In this document: positions 34,926 to 45,420 of the stretch, piece by piece
Position numbering within the stretch: the stretch's first letter is position 1
Layout of the letters: each line of letters begins with the position of its first letter
DNA from: Paraphysomonas bandaiensis
Lineage: Eukaryota; Protista; Chrysophyceae
Length of the DNA stretch: 64,000 nucleotides
Assembly (NCBI GenBank): GCA_965644295.1
Contig: CBFFRP010000108.1
Coordinates: 248,001-312,000 of the forward strand
Reading direction: 5' to 3'
Made by a program: the position numbers and the translations under genes
Notes under the pieces: model-generated
Databases searched by the model: none
What the model was told of the DNA's origin: nothing
Seen by the model: the letters and a program-made list of their open reading frames with translations, nothing else

Positions 34926-37625
34926 ATGCAAACCTCTGCACTGCATATGATTCGACACACCTCATGCTATATATGCATATATCTTCTCTCTTGTACCATT
35001 TTCATATCTGGCGATACGACTCCTCCGCCTCGCTTTAATCTTGCAGCGCAGGTGCCGTTACTTGTGGAGGATGGTGAACCAGTCACTTCAAGTCTTACCA
35101 TTCAGCAGGCAATACTTATGGCTGTAAATGAAATCAATAATAAGACGGATGGTGTTGCTGATGATTTACTTCCTCAGACTCATTTGTATATCACCATACG
35201 TTCAGTTGGTGCTTCATTTGAGGATGGTGTCAGTGCGACAGTTGAGCAAGTGTCGGCTTTTGGAGAAAATGAGACAGTTGTAGCATGCATCGGTCCATCT
35301 AATTTCGAGACATACAAAGGTGGGTCCTCGATTTTTTTGAACCATCACGTAGCCCAAGTTGGCTACCATGCTAGAGACTCAGCAGTAGGGATGTCGGATC
35401 TATATCCCAATTCTCTCCGCACTGTACCAGGACATTACGTCGCAGGATACATTATAGCGGACTTTGTTTCCCATCAACGCTGGAAACGAGTTTCACTCTT
35501 TTCTACTTCAGATACATTTGGCAATATAGCGTCCTTCTTTTTTGCGAAGGAAGCAAGAAAGCATGGTGTGACCATCTTAACACAGCACAAAATATCGAAG
35601 TACACGAAAGACTACTCCTCTCATATTCTCCGTGCGAAACGGTCGGGGGCAAAAATTTTTGTTCTATTAATGTCATCTGAATCCGCTGCAAAGTTGTTAA
35701 GTCAGGCTTATTTACTGGGGCTCTTTAATTCGGACACCGTAATCATTGGCAATGAAGAAATATCGAGTTTAACAACATGGGCACGACTTAATCCTGAGTT
35801 ACCATCTCTTGTGACGGGGTTTATTAGTTTTAAATACCATGAACATCCAGAACTGAGTAAAGAAAAGACTGAATTTATTCAGCGCTTTCGCAGTCAGTCA
35901 CACACACTAGGTAGAACTGAGAATAGTTCAGAAGTGTGCGACAACTCAACGGATGCCACAGGCAATTATTTATACCGCGTTGATTACTATGAGGATCATG
36001 GAAGTGTCAGTACCTGCGTTGGCTTAAATCATTCCTTATTTGTAGAGGATGGAAGTGATCTACATCCTGCAGTATATCACGCTTATGATGCTACCTACGC
36101 CATCGCAAATGGCCTGCATCGTTTGGTGTATGAAAAGGGGAATTACTTGGTAAATGATGACGGTCTTACTGAGGAGCTTCTATATGGAGTACATTTCCCA
36201 GGTGTTTCTGGTGAGGTAACGTTCTCCACACAATATGAAGAAGCTGGCCTTGACGTGGGGGGGCGGAGTACTGGGTTCACTTTTGATATTCTCAATTATG
36301 ACAGCTCGTTTTCCTCAGCTGAATTTGTTTTAATTGGCAAATATCACAGTGAAACTGGGGTCACTTTCTGTGAAAATTGTCGAATAACATATGCTGGCAG
36401 CGAAAAGAAACCTTTGGATAGAGCTGAGGCGAAAGTTGTGCATCTGAACTCTTTCAAGTTTGCTGTCGCGATGGCTTTCTCGCTTATGGCTGTATTATTC
36501 GTCATATTTTACTTGCTCATATTTGTTGTGTACAAAGAGACTCGCTTAATAAAAGCAGCACAACCATTGGTATGTTACACTATCCTGTTTGGGTGTTGTT
36601 TAGGTTGTATTCGATCAATCGCGGCAACTGTAAATCCGACAGTGGGTCTTTGTATATTGCAATTGTGGCTGTCACACATGTCATTCGCTATTGTATTTTC
36701 TGGTATGCTTGTGAAGCTCTGGAAAGTGCACAAGGTTATGTACTCGTCATTTAAACGGATAAAGCTGTCACGCATTGCTACTGTGCGGTTAATTCTCCTA
36801 TGCACGCTCCCTGTGTGCATTTATCTGTTTTTCATTTCTTTACTCGGCGGAGTAGAAGTTATCGATGTTTTGGTTCGGGAGAATCAGCATAGTATTGTGT
36901 ATCAACAGCAATGTGAATTTGAATTACGCACTGAATTGTACGGGCTGTATGCTATCGAACTGATGTCCGTGTTGTGTGGTTTATATCTTTGCTACCTCGT
37001 TAAAGATATCCCTGAAAGCTTATCGCATTATATTGCTCTGAGCAAAAGTAAGTTTTTTCATTGAAAACTTTATGTATGTCATACATTTAATGCAGGTATC
37101 ACATGCGTTACGTTTTTGTCTTCAGTGTGTTTCTTCGTAATATACTCGTTTCAGCTCGACCCGAATAGCGCCCAATGCTTGGTATCTGTTGCATTTTCTT
37201 TATGTATTATTACCATACTTGATTATTTATTCCGAAGTACTTGTGTCAATTTGCTCTTGGGGAAGGACATTTCAAATTCCTTCCTAGTTAAAAAAGGAAT
37301 GCATAAAAGTGTTTTGGAAGTTTGGAATGGGGTACCTATTAGCCCAGAAGAAGATGAGAACTATTGTGCATCTCCCAGTACGAATATCGTGAATAACTGG
37401 AATTTGAAAACGATTCCAAGGGATGTTGTTGAAGTAGCAGAGAGGAAAAAGGAAATCCATAATGTTATGGATGCATTGCGACAAGAGTTATCTCAATTGG
37501 TCGCCTCAGAAATATACTCTGATTCAGACTATGTTTCAGATATGTCTGTACTATCTCAGGCTCCGCGTTCTCGGAATAGTAGTCCAACAGTTTCGGTACC
37601 TTCGTATGTTCAACGTTTTTCCTGA
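34926..37625 (+). CDS. Class C GPCR (GABA-B-like): Venus-flytrap domain plus 7TM, one intron at about 37048-37095
   Basis: Signal peptide, AVNEIN, YPNSLRTVP, WKRVSLF, HAYDATYAIA and FPGVSGEVTF, followed by 7TM motifs IKAAQPLVCYTILFG, MLVKLWKVHKV and VKDIPE. Confidence 0.9.
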
Positions 37626-38529
37626 TAATTGGGTTTGAATATGAGTTTGGGAAATCTGACTGATTTGTTGTGATACGAGTAGAAAAATATTATTTCTATC
37701 AACGTTTCGCATGTGAATTTGCTATTCTCTTTTCAGGTCTCTTCAAACCTTGTACTCTTTGACGTCCTTATTTTTGCCCGAATGGACTCAGTTTTTTGTA
37801 TTTGTTTCCCATGGACGACCATCTGGATACGTTTTAGTCCAAGGTGTTTTGCTGTTATGTCTATATCTGGTGGTTGAAATTAACGGAGCTACACGTTCTT
37901 TCTCATTCATCGGTATGACTGCATCGTTGTAAAGTTGTGATTTATGAAAATATCTCATACGTATTCGTACAGTGATATACCGTAAGTTTTCTTACTGCTT
38001 TCTGAAAAAATAGTAAATATTGTAATTGTACCTGTTTAATTTTGCTGTATTGCGCAATTAGAGGATATTTGTGATGTTGTCGGATTGACTGCTGAGTGTA
38101 TGATAAACATGTGAAGGAGAACAAGTGTTACGTAAATCTTAATTCAAGAAAGTATTGTTATTAATTAGAAAGTAACGTATAATTTCTTGAATGCGAATCT
38201 GGCATTTAAGCATTGTGTGTAAGAAAGCAAGTTTAAGGTGTTGTTGTACAAAGTTAATTTCAGTGACATGATATCCGACTCTAACATAGTAGCGGGCCAG
38301 TTATAAATAGAGCTTGACAATTATTTGGCTGAGATCTCAGAGCAGAACATATAAAAACGCCAGGAACTAAAGCTAAAACATTCTGGAAAATGGCACGAGA
38401 AAACTACACTTGTATTTGCGTCGTTTTGGGAGGCTTGACAATTGGGGGTTGTTTACTGCTTACAGGTAACTGATACATGAAGGCAGACGAAACTCAAATA
38501 GTCCCTACTACCAATTAGAAATCAATTAA

Positions 38530-38994
38530 GAATGTCTCATTATTAGCAATTGGCGTTTAAGATTCAGTGCTTAGCTCTGATATCCTACTATTTAACGCTA
38601 CGAAAGCTGCTTGTGCGTCACCGCAAGCACCAAGGTGCAAGGTGCAACCACTTTCACTCTATTACTCAAGAAAGACGCAGTGAGTAACAGAGTGTTGATA
38701 TATCTGACATCTGCTGACTTCAGGACTTTTGAGTCCTTAAGGTGAACAGCCCGGAGGATGCCTTACTTCAGCAGGCAGCCTAATACCCCGTTGTTACCCT
38801 TGAGATGGCCCATTCCCAAATTCCTGTTTATTTGTCAAAGCCCAAAGACGTCTACACAAGCATTCGACTAAGAGTGGACAAAACGTTATCTGCTGTCTAT
38901 ATGTTTGAATCTAACGTTAGTTTCGCGGAGAAATATCTCCGCTATTTATCCCCCAGAACACCACGAAAAGTGCTAGTCCGACTTTGTTGCGGGG
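38530..38994 (-). mobile_element. Non-autonomous element: HDV-like head fused to LINE-A 3' tail
   Basis: The reverse complement starts CCCCGCAACAAAGTCGGACTAGCAC, continues through the shared body, then joins aagtggttgcaccttg...tgcttgcggtgacgcacaagcagctttcgtagcgttaaatagtagga and ends aataatgagacattc. Confidence 0.88.
38911..38994 (-). ncRNA. HDV-like (Pr77-type) ribozyme fold, copy 3
   Basis: P1 CCCCGCAAC/GTTCTGGGG; P2 CTAGC/GTTAG, compensatory relative to the other copies; P4 GCGGAGA/TCTCCGC; GAAACTAA. P3/L3 is one nucleotide short. Confidence 0.6.
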
Positions 38995-39391
38995 AAATTT
39001 ATATAACTGTATAAGTTAAGCATCGATTTTTACTGCGAGTTGACTGACCCGGAGACATCAAAGTAAGCAACGTTTATGATTTTAGGGTGTTATTTAAAAC
39101 TAGAAGCCCGTTCCCAGAAAACCCGAAGAAGTAGTACAGGTGAGTGTTTTTTACTGAAGGTTACCGTTGACTGTTGATAGTGCTAGAGTGCTGTATATAT
39201 ATTATTGAATATATATAGAACTATTATTATTGAGGAATGGTTCACATTATATTTAAATTGTCCATATACCACCAGGAATAATATAAATATAATACTATGA
39301 CTGGGTTAATCCCTCCACTTATCCCGGAATATATTGTCTTGAACACTATCACGGTTATGGGGTTCGGCGCTACAGTGACATGGATCTTTAC

Positions 39392-39950
39392 TCTATCAAC
39401 AAAGTGTCGGATTTGCACATTATCGTGATGTACTGGGAAATAAATACTGGATAGATTTTATCTGAGAAAAAGTAACATGAGGCCAACTTTCAAACAGAAG
39501 ATTATGTTCTGCTTGTTTGGTACAAGTTACACCTTTCTCTTGTATAAAAACACGCCTTGACGAATAAATAGACACTCGGGGTTTTCAGGCTGCCTGCTGA
39601 AGTTTTACACGCCCGAAACAAGCAAATCTTATGGACTCAAAAAATCCTGAAGTCAGCAGATGTCAGGCAGATATATATCAACATTCTGCTGGCTCACTGC
39701 ATCTGTTCTGAGTGTTTAGTGCCGAATATGAGGTCACATGATTGGTGCAGCCAATAGCAGAGGTAGCGCGATAGGCGTACCTCATGGATGCATCATGACA
39801 ATAGAAATGTCTTACCACACATACTTACTCCCCAGTCTTACTTACCTGACTCAGGTCATATAGATTAGACCTGACAATATATTATTCTAGCAGTGTTTAG
39901 TGCATTTGTGATGATTTTAAGTTTTTTCTTTCGTACAGCAGCGGAGAAGG
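39392..39950 (+). mobile_element. Older, diverged copy of the ribozyme-headed element; boundaries approximate
   Basis: Degenerate head caacaaagtgtcggatttgcacattatcgtgatgtactggg, then ttgacgaataaa, ggctgcctgctgaag, ggactcaaaaaatcctgaagtcagcagatgtcag, cctcatggatgcat and gtcttaccac, collinear with the 31327 copy. Confidence 0.8.
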
Positions 39951-41799
39951 TTTACGTCTCTGATAATTGTTTACGAATACCTGTCTACTATTCGTTGAAA
40001 TTGACTCGATAATATTACGTTCATAATGATTAATTTTCTTTTGGTTAGAGACTCACCCATCTTTCTATACCGCCGTTTTGTGATTTTCATTTGAATTGAA
40101 AATTTCTGTTCCAGGTGGTTCATCTCTAGAAGATATAGAATAAATTAATAGACACAAAGTAAAGAATAAATTAATATTTTATATATTTTTATAGATACCC
40201 CACACGATAATTTTATTTCATATTTTAGTATTATTATTTCATACTTGCGAGTACCACTCCAGTAGTTTCGTTTGCCATCAAGAAATAATGCAACTACAAT
40301 ATTCAATCTCCTTGACTTATCTCCCATATGGTCGGCCTATTCATAATAATAACATTAAATCAGTAGATGGATAGAAGATTCCCATTCATACTGCTGCTGT
40401 TGTTATTGTTAAAATCATACTATTAAATCTAACCAGTAGTCTACTATGAAAAGCAGTACATCAAAAACGGTCTCTAGACGAGAATCTGAAGAAACCTGAA
40501 GAGATCATTAGGGAAAACTCATAGACTGGTTTAAGATTAAAGACTATAATGAGAATAGCTGAAAGTACACTCATTTTTCGGGCTTGTTTTCGTTTGGCAG
40601 ATGTGTATCAGTTAATTGTGATGTGTTCTTGTTCTTGTCATGCGGAAATAACTAACTAATATATATATAGTAACTACGTGAAATCGTGACTATGTCTACG
40701 ATTGTAAATTTTGAATTAGTTGTGATGGTGAAGATAATCAATGGGGCAAGTTGAAATGATGATGTGAAATGTTTATCAAATTTTAGTTAATTGAATCAGA
40801 AATTGATACGTATCGAAGCAGTATAAATACTTATAGCTAACAGTCTTTTGTAATTTTATTCAAAATCCTACAAGTTTGAAAGTCTTCTCTGAATAATTTG
40901 GCTTTCGTTTACATTTCCAGGTTATCCCACTGTCCACGAGTCCAATTATACGTTGTGTATGATGGCTGGTAGTAAGAGTTGTTGTTACTCAAATCGTGCT
41001 ACTAACGTAGTTCTGTGTTTACGCTATTTCTAACGTTTTTGGCCATAATAAACGAAAAAACTGTCCCATCAATATGCGATAAAAGAAACGAAGTTTACTT
41101 GTAACACCATATGATTGTTTCAGGTTGATTGGAGCCCTTTCCGTCAACTGATATACGCATACAGTTCAAAATTGTAATCTATGACACATACATAATTCAC
41201 AACCAGCCCCAAATCAACATTGTATACTAAAAGAATCTACCACATGTCATGCTGTTGGAACACTACTCGTAATGGTTGTGTACATACATACATGGCAATT
41301 GTACAACCCCACAATACAATACATCCCATCCGTAACAGCTAAATATCACTGTTTAATACGGTAAATATCACCGTGTTGTGCTATTAGATGTATGATCCGT
41401 ATCGTTGTAGAGGTCAGAACCTTCACATTAAGTCATGCAAGGAGGCTCCAGAGGACTAGAAGTAACCCGCTATATATATAAGACAGTGGGTGGTTCATTC
41501 GATTAGAGGAGACTAATGAATTAAGTATAGCATGAGTCCACTACCCTCCAGTGCATGCCATGACAATCTCAGTTAATAGTGAGGTATGTGGACAGACAGA
41601 CTTGAGAGATAAATGAAAGCTAAAAATCTTTGAAAACTGATATAAATCCCTGGTTTCCGTAAAATACATAGTTTTCCACTATCAAAAATTCAGTACCAAC
41701 AAGCACACATAATATCATCACTAGAATAAATTTGTAATATATATATCCTAAATTTATTGCATCCAAACAAGAAGTCTGCGCGGTGCTAAGGCCCGTATG

Positions 41800-41892
41800 G
41801 CAGAATTCGTCTAGTGGTTAGGACAACACGTTGTGGAGCCTACAACGTGGCGAAAGTCCGTGTAAACCTGGGTTCGATTCCCAGATTCTGCA
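41800..41892 (+). tRNA. tRNA-His(GTG) with a 21-nt canonical intron (41837-41857)
   Basis: Acceptor stem GCAGAAT/ATTCTGC+A, D arm GTCT-AGTGGTT-AGGAC, anticodon stem ACACG/CGTGT with loop TT-GTG-G^C, T arm CTGGG-TTCGATT-CCCAG, and a downstream T-run terminator. Confidence 0.93.
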
Positions 41893-41943
41893 TTCCTTTT
41901 TTTAATGTTATTTTCCGTGTTTCTAAAATAGCAAAAAAGAATA

Positions 41944-42025
41944 TGTCAGAAGTGGGATTTGAACCCACGCCTACGAATAGAGCACGACCTGAACGTGCCG
42001 CCTTAGACCACTCGGCCATCCTGAC
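41944..42025 (-). tRNA. tRNA-Leu(CAG)
   Basis: GTCAGGATGGCCGAGTGGTCTAAGGCGGCACGTTCAGGTCGTGCTCTATTCGTAGGCGTGGGTTCAAATCCCACTTCTGACA, with a long variable arm and a T6 terminator on the minus strand. Confidence 0.96.
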
Positions 42026-42957
42026 TTTCATAACATCAATATTTCAAATAATTTGTATATATATATTGCTTTCTTTGTCCCACCCTAAGGTTAAACACAT
42101 ATGCTTTTATCAACAATCATTTGTATATCTATCCCGGCCTCACACCTTTATATCGTTGATCACATACGGAATGGACAAGATTTGTTGTTACTATAGAGTG
42201 CGCTTAATGGCAAGTGTGGAATGATATTATACATCACATAAGGCTAGGAATACCTATGTGGTATATGGTATATGGCTGGTATTGCTGCAGTCAGTAAATG
42301 TTATACATAGAGTATAACCGGTATACCGCACAAGCATATTTTTCACAAACGGAACTTTCTGCAACGTTCATTGCTGGACAATACCTGTCCAATTATTTGT
42401 GATCCATTGGCTGAGAGACGTCGTTGTCAGAAAGTTGGCCAATAGCATCAGGAGCAGCAGCAAGGAAAAGTGACAGGTGGGGCACAGGGGAAAGTGTAGG
42501 ACTATTTACTGTATACTCAACGCCATACACTGTACTCGTCTGGTCCATGCCCCACCATCAGTCATTCCACGCATATTCATTCACCCAGCCACCTATCCCT
42601 GTATATGTACAAGTACAGTCCTCCTCTACCCCTACACACATACGTCTCTCTCCTCTGCTCTCCTGTAGCGTGTATATCGCTCAGTGTAGTGGTTTCTATC
42701 CATTATATTCATCAGATAAATCTCGCTAACTCCTGCATAACATTCAAGGCATTCATGAATATGTACTAGATATTTACGAATATCTGTACAGTAACTGGGA
42801 GGGGATAGTTGCGTATTGTTACTGAAGGTAAGCCCACATATCTCTGTCATAACAACATGCCCTCCACTGCCCTCCACACTGCATGGACCATCTCTCATAT
42901 ATGCCTTATATATACACACATCCCTATATAACACTCTGCGGTGTTGTCGTATAGGAA

Positions 42958-44689
42958 ATGGACGACAATGCGAGTGACTGCAGTGATAACTACATCGATT
43001 TTGAAGACCTGCTGGACTTCGGCTCTCCGAAGAAGGTCATAACATCATCTGTTTTGGTCTTAATAATGATTGAAATGCAGAGATCATTCAGTGACGTAGA
43101 TACTCTGTTTGACAACCACAGCTATGGATTGCTCCCAGATGCAGTGTACGTTGTTTTTAGATGAGTGGTACTCGTGAATGACGCTGTCATATGTAGGTAT
43201 TCAACTTCAGGCCCCAACGATGATACCACTCCCTGGGAAATATTCTCTATGGACCAGTGGGCCCAGTTGCAGCTCTTAGGAGTCGTGTCAGCCGATGAAC
43301 TAATTCCTAGAGTAGACTCCATTGCTCTATCTGGTCGACGCATTTCAGCATCCACTGTACCACTGCAGTTACACACCGAGACACGGCACCTATGGTCTAA
43401 GGAGCTTGAGCTTTGTATGAATTCAGCGGTTGGTGTCATGTCATCGAGCAACAAGTCAGGTGGGTACTTTGAGGGTTACCGTATCGTCTGGTCTGGGGAG
43501 CGACTGCCAGAAGGCCTTACAGCAGAGAATATTACCTCACTTACACTTGATCACGGAAACAAACACGGACTTGACTGGAGGCATGTTTTCTACCTTGAAA
43601 AGCAATGTCAGTTCACGTCGGACGAGAGCGAATACCAAAAAACAGACGCAATTAAGCGGGATGATGTTTCGTACGTAACGGCACTATGTACACACGAAGG
43701 CCACCTGATTCCACATCCGAAACATGTGCTGCCGTTCACGATGGCTTACGCCACTGCTGACACCATTCCCATAAGGTAGCTTTGTTTGCGCACGAGTGTA
43801 ATGGGTCGTTCTTAATATCAATTTCTGCAGCAATATCATCACTGTGACGTACTCCCAGCGGTCCACAGATGGATCCCAAACCTCTACTCCTGTTACACTC
43901 AAAAGACAATTCTGCGACTCCCGGCACTATGTGGAGATTTACCGACAAGTTGTCGGTAAAAGGCTACGTGACCGTCCCGACCTTGTGGAGTAAGTTCAGC
44001 ACCATTAGTATGAATATTTCTTTTACGCTTTGCTTGTGTGCAGCCCTCTCCTTGCCCTGGATCGCGAACAGAAAAGTCACCGTCGACGGAGTTACCAGCA
44101 CAAGATTCTGAACTCCGTTGACAGTTCATCTAGCTCCACGATATCTGTGGAAGAGGCAGGATCCACCCCAACTACTCTAGAGAACTTGGCGGAATGTATC
44201 GCTGACTCGCGCAAGCTACTTACACCCGAGACTAACCGCACCCGTGCTACAGACGGCATGGGGAGCATGAAGGTAGTTTATACTGGGACTGACGGGGAGT
44301 CCGAGCGGAAGAGAGCGCGGATTGATAACAAAGGGATCACAATCAACTCAAGCACGCCTATTCAGGTGTCTTCTACGAGAGAGCCCCAGCACAATCATTC
44401 AACGGTTGAACCCGTTCTCGATTCCGATCCTACCACGTCCCCTGCCGTGCAGGATTCTCCACTGTTTGGTCTCCCAAAGAATATGAAGGAATGGTCACAA
44501 CTATTTAAACAGAGTTCTGAGCTATTATCAGCCCTCTCATCAATGCCAGCTACAAATCGTGACACCAAGAAAGCTGAACTTATGCAGGTGTATATGGCAC
44601 TACAGTCTGCAGGAGTTTCTCTTGGAGTGAACGAGGTGTTAATAGGTCATGTGACCGAAAAGCTGACTGTACTGTTGTCCTCAAGGTGA
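42958..44689 (+). CDS. Uncharacterised multi-exon protein
   Basis: Successive coding-like ORFs (42958, 43165, 43869, 44030) are separated by GT-AG intron-like gaps. No family recognised. Confidence 0.6.
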
Positions 44690-45420
44690 TGGAGACGATC
44701 TTGTGACGTATATATATTAGCACCAATTGGGGTGTGTGGACGGGTGAATTACTTATGTGCCTTTGTACACAGCTGGTTAGATGGCATAATAGTGCAAATT
44801 ACTGTAATTTTCATTGTTCATGCTCTAATTAATTTTTAGCTATCTTTCTGAAAGCAATGTCAGCTTTGATAATAATTATATTTGTGATTATGTCATATCT
44901 ATATTATGTTACATGATTTTCATAGCCCACTCACACACAACGACGACGAATTTTTTTTCAAATTGTCATTGTGTCTTTATCATTGTCATACAGAATACAG
45001 AACAAGCAAGGAAATAAAGCCATTCCAGGTATATTGTCTTTGATTGTTTGTTGTGTATCTTGTGAGTATATATATTATATTTATATTCATTCATTATATT
45101 CATAGTTATATAGGGTATAGGGGCTCTTCTTATTCTTGCTTGTTGTGCTTCTCCAATTATATCTCCATAATGTGCGAAAAACTTCTTGAAGTCAGTGAAA
45201 GTCTTAGTATCTCATCTGGGCTATGAAAAATATTATAGTGCAAATTACTGTTCTGCAACTAATAGAACCCGTGTATATAATACAAATGGTGATCGATAAA
45301 AATGTATATCCATGTGCTGCTATCTGGTAAACGTATTAGGTATTAAGTCCTACAGTCCTACAACACTTTTACAAAAACATTACGATATCTAATATAACAA
45401 TCATCACGTATTGAGGAACT

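Noticed and set aside
41814-42224. ORFs 41814-42224 and 41840-42031
   Set aside because: They overlap the two tRNA genes and are spurious.
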